The notes below the pieces were generated by a model. That model saw nothing but the letters and a program-made list of their open reading frames with translations, did not search any database and had not been told where the DNA came from. 64,000 nt of DNA from the human T2T-CHM13v2.0 reference genome, Homo sapiens, in assembly GCF_009914755.1 (NCBI RefSeq), contig NC_060929.1. One strand, given 5' to 3'. Below are positions 50,443 to 64,000 of the stretch, piece after piece; positions within the stretch are counted from its first letter, which is position 1, and every line of letters begins with the position of its first letter. A program made the translations under genes and the position numbers.

Positions 50443-51769
50443 TGAAATTATTTTTAATATGCTTGCTTAGCAGTCAAATTTTATAACAAAATCTCACCAT
50501 ACTATCTTTCTGTCTTCTCAAACATGATACAGTCCTTTGCAGAATTTAAGTACCTCCTGACAGCCCCACTCTCCCACAACTGAAAAACACTTGTCTATAA
50601 ATTTGAATGTATTATATGTGGCATATTAAAACATACAAAAATATTTTTGATATGTGCTCATAACCTATGAAACATAATAACAAATTGAATATCATAAACT
50701 CATAAGCCTGCCACCCAGTGCAAGACCTGGAACATTACCAGTGCTACGGTATACCCCATTGATTTCCCTCATGTGAGTTTGGCTCCAAATAACAGCAGAT
50801 GCAAGTGGTAAAGAGTACCTCTTTGAGTGAAGGACACAATAATTAAGGGTTTCTTTTAAAAAAGATAATAAGCTCAACTTAGAACCAAGGATGGCTTCAC
50901 ATGGTCTCATTCAAACATAGAGTTTGACTCAATGATTCATGCAATAAGAATCTACTGAGTACCTCCTATGTTCAGGGCTCTATGCTAAGTGTTGCAAGGG
51001 AGAGAGAGAAGGCACCATGTTCCCTGACCACAGAGAGAGGTCTGGAAGGTCAGTTTTATTGTCTATAACACACTAACTTTCAGTGTATTGACATCTAGTG
51101 TTTTTATGCTTCTTCTACTAACATTGCAATTGACTTAGAAAAATGAAGCTATGTCCTAATGTTTTTATTTTACTTTTTTTTCTCCTTGAAGAAAACTATT
51201 CTGTTGCTTCACTGCAATGCCAAAAATATTAATTAGCTACATCAGCCAGAGCCCTTAGGGCTTGGGAGGAAATGGCTTGATAAGAATATTTCAGGATAGA
51301 GTTGCTTTTGAGGGTGCATTTCTGAGCTCATCAGGGGAAATTTACTCCCATGTCAGGAAATGTACTCCCATAGGGCTCCACACACCCCACACAGAGCTGG
51401 CAGGAGCACAGTTAGGAGTGGAATGGATTGGAAGTGCAGAGTGGTGCTGTGGAGCACGTCTCTCCTGGGTGAGTTGATGTGACCCACAGGGAAAGTCATA
51501 TTTTCCAATCTTGGCTAGAAAATAAAAAGCAGAGGAAGTGTTATGAGGCAGAGATTCAAATCAACATGATACTGTCTGAAAAATCAAGTGGCCTTTTCTT
51601 CATCCATACCTGGAACACGTTTACTTCCCCAGTGTGCAGAATGTATGTGTTTCTGCTTAGAGAGTCCCATCCCCATTCCCGTCATGCTGGGCTTTCCAAC
51701 TGGACATGGAAATGGATCCCCACAGCTGTGACCTAAGCTTTTTCTTAGCAAGGTCACACATCTCCTTTC

Positions 51770-52008
51770 AAAGCCTGGCCAAGATGGTGAAACCCCGTCT
51801 TTACTAAAAATACAAAAATTAGTCGGGTGTGGTGGCGGGCATCTGTAATCCCAGCTACTCTGGAGGCTGAGGCAGAGAATTGCTTGAACCTGGGAGGTGG
51901 AGGTTGCAGTGAGCCAAGATCGCACCATTGCACTCCAGCCTGGGCAACAGAGTGAGACTCCATCTCAAAAAAAAAAAAAAAAAAAAAAACACAACAACAA
52001 CAACAAAA
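51770..52008 (+). mobile_element. 5'-truncated AluS
   Basis: Begins at AGCCTGGCCAAGATGGTGAAACCCC. Intact right arm and A/(CAA)n tail. Confidence 0.9.
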
Positions 52009-52319
52009 ACCACCTTATTCTTCCATGTTGTAGGGCATGGGTTTTCTGGAACCATTATATTTTGGGGATTTTATATAGTGGAGATCACATGGCCTCATAG
52101 GGAGCTGACCTTCACACATTAAGTGAAATGACTGAGGGATGGAGATGTTCAGACTCAGTAACTTGCTGTGGTCAGCATTTCTTTTGCTGTCTGTCCTTAC
52201 TGCTGCTACCAGGTTGTGTCTTCTACCTCGTCCAGCCAGTTTCAAAGAACCATAGAGTTGTTAAGAATTTTCATCTAATATTATAGGTAAAAATATTTAT
52301 GGTGCTGAGAGATAGTAAG

Positions 52320-52560
52320 TTACTTAACATAGTGATTACAAAGGCCCTGGGGTCAGGCCAGCCTCGGTTCACATCTTGCTGGCAGTGCAGCTATGGACAA
52401 GTTTTTTAACCATCTAAGCCTCAGTTTCCATGTCTATAAAATAGGGATAATGCCCAACTCCAAAGAGTTTCTCTAACGGGTTATTGAGTGAGACAGTATG
52501 TTTCTAGTGCATTCAGTATAGTGGCTGCCCCTTAAAAAACTCCCATTAAACTATAGCTGT
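52320..52560. mobile_element. MIR
   Basis: GGACAAGTTTTTTAACC...AAGCCTCAGTTTCC...TCTATAAAATAGGGATAA MIR core. Confidence 0.65.
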
Positions 52561-53024
52561 AATCAGCATCACTTTCCTAGGGACATTTAAGGAAAGTTCT
52601 CAGACCATTTTTTTTCAGCTCAAATGACCACTCCCCTGATCAAATTGGCCACTTGTTTAGTATTATGCAGACAGAGCTTATGTGATCTATATATGTGGTC
52701 TGCTTTAGAAGCTCCATTACCAGGTGTTTGCTTAAAGCCAAACCAAATATTCCAAAAACTGGATGTTTAATGGTAGACATTGACAATCCATTTGAAGACA
52801 CATAGATACACCCTCATTTAGAAATAACGCTAGTAATAATGAACACCTATATTGCCTTATTCAAGATGAGGAAAAGTTAGTTTTTGTTTTCATCTTTTTT
52901 TATAATTAGCCATCACCAGATAAAGTAGTTTCATTCTAATTTAGCTGTCAAAGACAGATTATTGCTATCCTCAAAAAGATATGTTTCAGCTTTCTTTGAG
53001 GTCTTTGTAGTTACCTTTGAAAAG

Positions 53025-54228
53025 CAGGTATCTCTTGCTTTGTACAGGTCCAATGTGCACAGATTTCATGGTTTACTTAGATAACACCAGACCCCCAACA
53101 ACATGTTTCAAATTGCGGTTACATCAGTGTTTTAACTGTGAATAAATGCATAAAGCATAAACTTTGCAGCTGGCTCTTCAGTCCACAAATCACTATGTAA
53201 ATAACAAATGTGCAGCATCATCAGTAACTTATCGCTTTTTTTAACCATAACTTTTTTTAGCCAAAGACTGGTTGGTTTCTGCCTATCTGTTATTCAGCCT
53301 AAGTACAGACAGCAAAGCATGTAGTTGTGTTGCCTCCTATCTCTCCGTGATAAACCCAAATGACATTATGCAAAAATAGATCATTGAAAGAGGGAATGAG
53401 CTAACAAAGATGAAAGTGCAATGAAGAGATGCAAAATGATAATGCTGTGAGTGAAATTTGAATTGAATGTAAATGGACTTAGAGGAGAAATAGTTGACTG
53501 TGGAATGCCGACACTGCTGTCTTTGAGAGATTCTAGACATGTAGCTGGTAGAAGTTAGTGAATGCAAGTTCATCAACATAAATGAGGACAGCGGTGTGGC
53601 AAAAAGGATGAAGATGTCATAGAGGAAGTGAAGCCAGCAAAAAACTTCACATTAATGAAAGGAGCTCTGGGGATATTGCATGATACTGAAAGCACAGAGG
53701 ATAAAATGTCAGCAGCTGATCCAAAGTTAGGAGTATGACAATTTGCCAAGGCATAGGAAAGATGCTCACTTCGTATCATAACTTATACAACTAGAAGAAG
53801 GTGGCAAGCACTGTCCAAACTACTCTTGATAAATTTTTTTAAATAAATAAAACATCTTAATTTTCAATGTTTCTAATATTTTAAGTTACAGTATATTAAA
53901 TAAATTTTAGCTTTATATTTTTTCATTTCCCTATATATTTATAACCAAGAATAAGAAAATTTTCAGTATGTTGACACAAATTTTTAAAGGTCACAAAACA
54001 ATCATAATTTTTACCATTATTTATTAAGATAGCTTTACATGGTCATTTTTTCATTTTTATTTTTATAGAATATAAAAATGCAGATTTCTTGCATGCATAT
54101 ATTGTGTACTGGCTTTCAGTGTACCCATCACCCGAAAAGTGAAAAATGTACCCACTACGTAAGTTTTCAACCCTCGTGCATGGTCATTATTACAGTCTGA
54201 TTCTACTATGCAAAGTGAGGATTGCCGA
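53025..54228 (-). mobile_element. Tigger6-like DNA transposon (~1.2 kb)
   Basis: Degenerate TIRs CAGGTATCTCTTGCTTTGTACA and TGCAAAGTGAGGATTGCC. Internal sequence resembles recalled Tigger6a. Confidence 0.65.
54048..54176 (-). mobile_element. ~130-bp L1 (L1PB-like) 3'-end insertion nested in the Tigger
   Basis: TSD CATGGTCATT at 54038-54047 and 54179-54188. GGCTTTCAGTGTACCCATCACCCGAA L1PB-type 3' UTR motif. Confidence 0.7.
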
Positions 54229-55018
54229 TAGCTATGTTCTGACTACGGACAGAACACAAGTTGGCTGAGCTCTGCTCCAGAAAGAGGTTTCCTCGTTGTT
54301 CCAGGCTTCAGCCCAGATCAGTTCTGCATCTTCTCCTCTTTTGCTGTGTTTACAAGGGTACAGTGAGATCGATGTGACAAAACTACTTCCTTCTGCTTGT
54401 TCTCCTGTGCTTGGATTCTTGTCCATGCTTTGTTTATCTGTGGTCACCACTTATTGGTGCATTTATTATAATTATCTGCTTCCTTGACTGGAGCCCAGGG
54501 GAAGAGACTGGCCTATGGCTATTTCTGTCATCTTTTTATTCCCAGTTCTTAACATCTTGCATAACAAGTCATCGATAAATATTCTTTGAACGAATGTTGA
54601 GGATATTATTTTGAGCAAGCACAAGGTCAGTTAGCTGTTACTCTTTACAGATCAAGTTCAGTTATAACACCATTAGTAATGATTTTTCAAAAATATATTT
54701 TGCAGAATCATTTATATGAGTTAATCATTTATTGACCTCAGTTAATAGTCAATAAATCTTAAAAAATGGCCATGTCAAAGAAATCAGAAATACTGATACA
54801 CAGAATATTAAAGCTGAAGAGGGAATGCATTACTTAAGTTTTGTTTTGTTTTTATTTTTTAGTTGCAAGTAATAACTGCCTTATACCAAAAAAGTACATA
54901 AGTAAATAAGAAATGTATTAGAAGGATAGTGCAATTTTTTTTTTCAGACTCCAAGAAAGAGTTGAAAAGGGTGGGTGGCTTGCGAAGGGTGTCCATGGGC
55001 CATCTCTGAGCCGTTTGA

Positions 55019-55453
<435 letters not shown>

Positions 55454-55767
55454 TAGCCTAGCTATAGCCTGGGAGATGGGAACAAAGAGTCCAATTTGGG
55501 CTACTTGGATCTACTTCTTTCCTGGAGAAGGTATTATTTTTAAGAGCTAGGCAGATATTTTTAAAAGGTGATTACTATAGTGTTTTACTCTGAAGTATAT
55601 ATTCTTTATTCCCATAAATTTTCACTTTGCTTAGGAATTGAATAATTGAAAAGCAGTCTTTCTAAATTTTTTATAAATAGGAAAAAATTTAAATATTAGC
55701 CAAAGAAATTCTCTCCTGAGTGCCTTACCATACCTAAATAATAAGATCTGTTGGCCTTGCAACAGAT

Positions 55768-56298
55768 ACAGATTTTATTATTCAGGTATGGTAAGGCCAA
55801 CAGATCTAGGAACAATTGGCATTGAAAAAATCATTACAGTTCCCAGAGCAGGAGGCACAGCATGCCACCCAGGGCCACACTGGGAAGCACCGCAGTCAGT
55901 CAGGAGGCACAGGGAGCGGGAGGAGATCCCGGGCAAGAGCCTCCACTGTGGTTTCCATGGGAAGGCTTGGGTGAGGCAGGGTGAGCAGGGTTAGGCTAGG
56001 CTAGTCGGATTAATTTCAGAAAGGTCTGGGACATATTGGTGGTTCTAGTTGTCTGGTACCTGGCCCTAGGGTGATTAGGGTTGGGGAATTGTGGCCTGGA
56101 GTGTAAGAGCCAAAGGTGGTGGTGGTTGGGGAATGGGCTCTGGATTGGTTGATTTGCATATGAAGGGCATGCTCACAGGAGAATTGTGTGCTATCTCTAG
56201 GAATTAGCAACCCTGAGAAGGGCAGTCCTTCCAGGGTCAGCAAAGCCCCAGAAGTCAAAGCATCAGAAACACAGAAAATAAAAATATACAATTAATAC
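55768..56298 (-). mobile_element. MER21-like ERVL LTR
   Basis: GGCCAACAGATC...GCATGCCAC...GGGCCACACTGGGAAGCACC...TTGATTTGCATATGAAGGGC...GCATCAGAAACACAGAAAATAAAA...TTAATACA resembles recalled MER21. Confidence 0.65.
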
Positions 56299-56349
56299 AG
56301 CTGTCCACCTTCAATCAGTTTTGTGAGTTTCCATGTGAAATCCAGTTTT

Positions 56350-56800
56350 GTAACACCTTCAAATGTCCTAGAAGGCCTTATCATGGTCTAGCCCTCTGCC
56401 GTGAACCTGACCTGCTCCCACCCTTTTGCCCTCACACCCTCCCTTCAGTCACCCAGGCTCCCTTGCAGTCCTTAGAACACACCAGGGGCTCATAGAACTC
56501 TGCCTGGAATGCTTTTCCTTCCAACATAAACTGGGCTTGCTTTTCTCTTGCCTTCAGGCATTTGCTCACACGTCACTTTCTCAGCAGGACCTATTCTAAC
56601 TGCCTACTTCCTTCTGCTGCCGGCACCCACTCCTGACCCCCTTACTCTGCTCTGCCGGGTTTCACATAGCACCTGTCATTTATTACCATTCTGTATAATG
56701 TGCTTACTTAATATTCTATTTATTGTGTGTGCCTCTACCACTACAATGCAAAGTCTTTATTTTGTTCATCAACATACCATAAGCAGTTAATAGCAGTGTT
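56350..56800. mobile_element. L2 remnant
   Basis: CTCTGCCTGGAATGCTTTTCC...CTTCAGG...TTTGCTCA...GTCAC motifs. Confidence 0.55.
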
Positions 56801-57588
56801 TCTGAAAATTAGTGATAGCTGTTGTAATGCCCAACAAGAGAATTGTTATATTCTTACTGTATTAGTCAAAGATTGAGGCATAATGGTGTCAAGGAAATAT
56901 AAATTGCTGAGATTCTTGTTTAGAAACCCATAATTCAGCCATACAGGTGAGAGACAAGAAATGTTTCACCTTTTTTGACTTCTAGGTTTGGCATATTGAG
57001 TTTCTTGTGTTAATACCACAGCTACACCAAGTAAAAGGTTATTGACTTTTTGCACCAACCAGTTTATTCTACCTGATTTTTCTCATTCAGGCTTCCTTGT
57101 TAACAGTTTGATTTGAAGGCTTTCATTATCAAAATCCACAAGGTTGTGTCCTTCATTTTTCTTGGGAGAGCCACCTCCTGTTTCTTCCTGGAAGGAACTC
57201 TGTGGCTGGAAATGTTAGGAGCTTCCTGGGCTGAAGAAGTTCAGACCCTAGCCAGTCCAGGGTGCTCCTAACAAATGGCATATATAATATATCCAGATAT
57301 TTATTGATATTAAGGAATTATTGGGGAGGTTTAGATATGAAATGATATTGTGGTTTGTTCTTTTTAAAAAATCTTTATCTTTCACAGATGCATATGGATG
57401 AGATAAAATAGCTGTATTTGCCACCATCTATTATAAGAGCTAGGAAAATGGGTAGGGATAGAGATGAACTCACATTGGCTAGGAGTTGGTTATTGCTGAA
57501 GCCGGGTAAGGAGTACGTGAGTTTCATTATATTATTGTTTCTACTTTTCTATATACTTCCAATTTTCAATTAATAAAAGTATTTTTCA

Positions 57589-57890
<302 letters not shown>

Positions 57891-59061
57891 AAAAGTATTT
57901 TTCAAATGTAATAGTAATGATTGGACAATTTGGCTTGTTTCTGATTTTAAGTGAAACACGTTTGGTGTTTCACCATGATGAATATATTGACTATTGACTC
58001 AAAAGCTCTTCATGTTGAGAAACTACCCTTCTATTGTTAATTATTTAAACCAGACGTGGGTGCAGAAGAATATTGAGTGCCTTAACAATATCTTGAGATT
58101 ACTATAGGTTTTTCTTATTAGATCTATTGCTGGGAGGTGGTTTTACATGTTATTCATAGTAAAGCCCTCTTGCATTTCTCAGAAGACCCCACAGGTAGTT
58201 ATTTTTTCATTTCTCAGATATTTGCTGAACATCTAGGAAGTGCCAGCCTGGTGCTGGGCATGGGAGGTACAAGCAGGGAACAAGCCAGGCCGAGCCCTCA
58301 CTCTCCTGAAGCTTACTTCTCCAGTGAGGGAGATGGACCATAAATACATAAATGAGCTCAGGTGGTGGTAGGGTAGTCTGTGTCTTTCTGGCTGGCAGAG
58401 AATCTGTGTTCCTGGACCCAAGGGATGTTGAGGGGGAAACTGTGTAAAGTATTGCTACCTTCTTTTCTGTGGGTGGAATTGCTTCTCAATGAGGCAGTTC
58501 ATCAATAGAAGCACTTTTCCCTCGACTTAGCTCCATCAGCTTTACATTTCATGATCATTCTTTCCAGATTCTGGCAAAGATTGGATGTTAAAATTCATTT
58601 TTGAGGTTGTTTTGAGTTCCCTTACTTCCTTATGTCTATAGGTATTTTAGTGCTAAGTTCAAAGAGGTGGCCTCCAGGGACTTAAAGGCAAATACCACTT
58701 GCAACTGGAATCAAATATATGTATTGTAAATGTAAACCATAATCTAACCTGTGTTAACTATCTCATTAATAATTTTACTTATTTAAAAACAAAGCTAATT
58801 AGGAAATTAGAAATACTTGTAATTGCAGTGAGTAACAATCACCACCAGAGTGAATGGGCACCTTCTCTGTTCTTATTCAGTTCTCAGAACTAACTTATGT
58901 GGCACTGTTCTTTCACTCTTAGAGCCCAGAAACTATAGGCCAAAGAGGTGAAATACCTTGTTCAAAGACCACTGTAACCAACTGGAGGAGCTGGGATTTG
59001 AACCCTGGTAGCTTCCCTCTAGAGGCCCCATTTTTAACCAGTATACCATAGGCCTGGTCTT

Positions 59062-59650
<589 letters not shown>

Positions 59651-62600
59651 TAATTTAATATGCTTAGTAAATGTTCACTTTACATCTTAAAACGAATTTC
59701 ATTTATAGATATCTTTAGTTTATTTCAAATATTTTTAAAATATGCGTTGATGTTTTTAAGCAGTGTATACAGATGTCTGTGGTGAAAGCTATAGCTCCTT
59801 CCTGTAGATTTCTCTCTCCTCTTCTACTTTTCCACATTTGAGTTGTACTAAATTTAGAGGTGTGAGCTGGGCTCCCCTGATAACTTCAGGGTATTCCCCC
59901 CACCCTGTGTATTGCTCATAAAAAACATTAAAATTCACACAGTTCGCATTACACAGATACGGTTTGGATTTAAACTAGCTATTTTAATCTTCATTATTCT
60001 CTCCCAAAATGAACATCGGAAATGTGTGAAATATAAATTTTTTCCTGCCTGACACAGATGGGTAGATCCCATAGCAGGCTTCCCAGTCATGGAGTGAATG
60101 CAGCCACTTTTGCAGCAACAGAAAATCTTCCAGGGACCAAAACCCCCTGCTTGTTTATAGAAATGCTTGCACTCTGGGGAGGAAACACAGGCCTGTTCAT
60201 AAATAAATGCTCAGTCATAAGAGTTAGCTCTGGATGAACTGATTCATTTAGCAGAAGTGGAATGCTTTGAAGCTAGATGGAAGAGGTCACTAATTAAATG
60301 CTAGACCAAGACAGAGTCCAATTGCATGGGGAGCTGGAATTTTCTTGAATGTTAGTAAGTGAAATAAAAGGTGAGAAAATGGCTTTTTAGACTTTGGTAC
60401 CCTGACAAGAAATTAGTGGATTAAGAGAAGTTTCTTATCGCAGGCATCATCTTGCTATTCTTTGATGATTTTCAGTTTCCCAAAGAAGAATTTTTCTTAA
60501 GCATCTGTTTTAGATATGTTTTAATGGCTTCAAATAATCTCATCTTTCTGCATAAACATATTTTTCTATTTAATAGTGTATATAAATATACATATAGTAT
60601 ATCATAAAATATCTGGATGCTATTTTTAGTATTAGGAAATATTTTTGATGATTTTATAATAGAATTGGGTCTTGTAAAACTAAGTATTTCTGATTTTTCT
60701 TGGCCTTCACTTACTTTTCCTATGTAGTTTTGTAGTAGAAATATCACACTTCTTTGTTCCTATATATAATCACTTAAGATAAGCTTTACTTAAAAAGAAA
60801 AAACCAACAGGAAGAAATCTTTTAATTCAGGCAAAGGCCCAGTTTAGCAGATAAGCTTTACATTTTTCTTTGAATATAAATAAATAAGAGTTTTATTTCC
60901 TACCAAATATATTTCTGTGTTAGCTGCACAGAAAACCAATAGCGGTCTATGCAGTTTAGAAGTCAGATGTACATATCTGGCAGTGTGTTTCCTGACCATT
61001 ATTGGTCTTGTTGAGGGTGGCCAGATTCCAAATGCTTGACTCCCAGCACACATTCCCTGGGGAGATGGGTGGGTGACACGCTCCTGGCAGATGTGCATTC
61101 TTTGTTGTCACCTGTGGTGCTAGATCCCTCACCCTTGAGCTAGGACTGGACCTTAGCCTAACATGCGTCCTTGAGCCTCAGCCCCACCTTCTCCTTAGTC
61201 CTCTCATCCAGGAAGAGGCCTAGGTCTCTCTTACCATACCGGTTCCTTTGGAGAGATGAGAGAAAAGAGACAGCAGCAGGAAGCAACCCAAAAGATGGAA
61301 GCCAGTCCCAAAAGAAACCAAGAGAGTGTGTGCTCCAGCCCAGTTATGCTCATTACATGTTTCAGCCTCTTGCCTAAAACCCACGCCTTAGGATATAGCC
61401 CAGCAGTGTGTCCATGATGCCTGCTGGGGTGGGAAAGACTGAATGAAGTTGAGAAGTACTTAGTGTTTCCCTAGAGATAAGAACATGCCTCTAAAACACT
61501 ATGTATGTTTTCATTAGGTGCTAACTGGTATTTCCACTGAGTATCCACCCAGTAGGCTCCTGAGTATAAAATAAGTATAGCTTCACCTTAGCAGGACCTG
61601 CCCTGTGGGGTGGCTGACTGGGAAGTAGCCTGTGCTGGCATTGGAGGGATATTGACTTATGCCTCCTGCCCCATTGTGAGTTAATAGCATTTTCTCCAAA
61701 AGATCTCTTTCAAATACCATTTATCAACAGAGGAAACTTCACTTCCTGGGAATATGGCAGCCGATCATTTCCGGGAGCCTTCCCCCCACACAGTGTGAGG
61801 GCTCAAGGAACAGGACATGGAGAAGGTACATTTTTTGAGAAAGGTCATAAAATGTTGGAGTTGAAGAGGATGAAGCAATATGAGCCGGCTGTCCCTTGGG
61901 GAGTGGTAGTTCAAACACATTAAAGTAGAGAGGAGCAGAAATGCCCACAGCCAGAGAGAAAAACAAATGCATGTTGTTTCACAAATTACTCAGGAGTAAT
62001 TCTGTTCTTGGAGATCGTGGTTCCCTTCCAAGATATCTCAGAATAAGCAGAGGCCAGACCAAGAGAATAGGTCAAAGCAAGCTGCTGATTCACACCTAGA
62101 TTCAAGTGTGTGGGCCTTTATTAAAAGTTTGTCCAATTTACAACCCCCTGACCAGAACAGTGCAGAATCTGGGCTGTAGCATGGCACAGCTAAGAAGTTT
62201 CATGGACCTCAAAATTCTATGTCCTGATTATTTTGGTCCTGTTTAATTCCTAGGGAATAAACTAACTATATCCAGGTGGTCCTAGTACAACAAACATTAT
62301 ATGGTGACAGGTACTATATTGCAACATTTCTCAGCCCCAGCTGATGATCAAGTTGTTTAAAGTATTTAAGCACAAACTACAGCAGGACTGAAAAATTGAG
62401 GTGGCTCTTTGTACCACCTTTAATTGGCTTTAACTGGCATTTGTACATCCAGCTGCCAGCAAGTGCTTTAATTTTTATCATAAGCTCAACTTTCTGAACT
62501 ACCTGCTATTTTAAAAGAAAAAAGATCAAACCCAGTGAGCTCCCCCAGGTACATACTGATAAGAAGAGGATTGTAGGACTGCCAATTTATTTTTGTTTTG

Positions 62601-62908
62601 AAGAGTGGAGTTTCAATTTTAAAAAATGGAATTTAAGTGGAATTTGCCAGTTTTTTAAGTGGAAAATTGGCAGGTCTGACCTATTGGATAATTGCCTGGG
62701 AGTTAAGAGAAAAAAAATTTTTTAACGAAATGAAGAGATTGTCCTAATCCACAAGGGCATCTTTCTTTGTTGTCTTCTCTGTGTTTTGAGACGTTTTCTT
62801 TAGAGAAAGATTTGATGTTGTATCATTTTCAGTGTGAAGAAGTTCCACATTCATTTAATGTAACAAAGCCCAGATCACCTTGTTTGACTTGGAGCCTTCT
62901 CATTGCAG

Positions 62909-62968
62909 GTCGATCCGGGCCACAAATCCCTCCGAGCACACGGTGATCCTCGCAGTGGTTTCGCGAGT
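62909..62968 (+). CDS. PDE8B: PDE8B coding exon 4 (60 nt, phase 2-2): (R)[19 protein letters not shown](V)
   Basis: ccttctcattgcag| acceptor and AGT|gtaagt donor. CpG-rich relative to flanks. Continues the exon 3 frame exactly. Confidence 0.94.
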
Positions 62969-64000
62969 GTAAGTGCACCTCCCATTCCCAGATGGAAGGA
63001 GTACTGTTCATTCTGAAATATTTGTCAGATGTAATCTGGTTTTTGAGCTATCTAAGCAATGGGTGTGTCTTGGGTCCTAGAACACCAGCCTTAGATCTTG
63101 ATCTTGCTTTGGGGGTTTTGTTTGTTTCACAAGTTCCTGGAAATATTTAGGTTTTTCTCTGTATCTTGTGTAATTGCCTTTAGCACCTAGTCATACACCT
63201 CAGGGAGAAAGTTTACTCATTATATGCCAAAAATGAATGGAAAATTTGAGGAGGAGGTGGTCTGGAGAAAACATTGTTCCAGTTTATCTCTTTTTTTTCC
63301 TTTGAAGAAAAGAGATGGGGATATGCTTGTTTTTCATTTAAGAAGAAACACATTTTTTTTCATATTCAAGCATGAGAACAAAGGGGCACTAAATCCACAA
63401 GACAAGGGTTGTGAAATTGATGTTGGGACTGATATGTGGCTAGAGGCAGGACAGTAGAGTTTATCCAATGCTGGAAGGCAAAGAAAAGGGATTGCGCTGT
63501 AGGTGCAATGAAACTGTAGGATGAGCGCTTGCTCTGCTGGGTTTATCGTCTGAAGTGGCCAGCACTTAAAATAAAAGAGCCAGCAGGAAGAAAAGTTGTC
63601 TGTGCAAGCTGCAGTGGTAGAAATCTTGGCAGGTAACAAAATTTGTTGTAGTCTTTTAATGGCTGTATTTAGCTTTGCAGAGAATAAGACCTTATTTAGG
63701 ACCTAGGACCTATTGGATTTGGCTGCATTATGGCATTTGGCACAAATTCTGCGACAAAGGCCAGGAAAGTCTGGCCCAGGGGACTTGAAATGCCTCATTC
63801 CAAAGCCATGTGGATACAACAGGAAATCATGGCTGCAAAGTCTTACCCTCACTGAAGACTCCTACTTACCTGCTACTCCTTGAGTGTCTCCCTAGGGGCT
63901 ATGTCTTCTCACTTTGTTTGATACCCACCATGGGATGTGGTCCAGAGAAAGCAGAGACATTGTCCTCACTGGTTCATTACACCTCTCCATCCTGGTGGGA

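Overview
This is primate (most likely human) genomic DNA, not prokaryotic. The window lies inside the PDE8B gene on the + strand. It covers the 3' ~46 kb of a long first intron and three short coding exons (45904-45963, 59450-59640, 62909-62968) that encode the N-terminal REC-like region. A processed pseudogene of ALDH7A1 (antiquitin) is inserted in sense orientation in intron 1 at 24091-25915. It has a full-length colinear CDS, two early nonsense codons, a poly(A) tail and a target-site duplication. The rest is mostly transposon-derived: about 16 Alu-family copies, L1 fragments of several ages, MaLR/MER21 LTRs, Tigger/MER5 DNA elements, MIR and L2. Almost all ORFs in the six-frame track are chance or repeat-derived. 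I found no convincing new biological system. The most unusual signals read directly from the sequence are four patchwork templated-insertion (fold-back) scars, a 172-bp 97%-identical dispersed duplication, a 404-codon open remainder of the ALDH7A1 retrocopy with sense poly(A) signals, and a NAGNAG acceptor plus inverted Alus around PDE8B exon 2. Repeat subfamily names and reference protein comparisons are from memory, not from a search.
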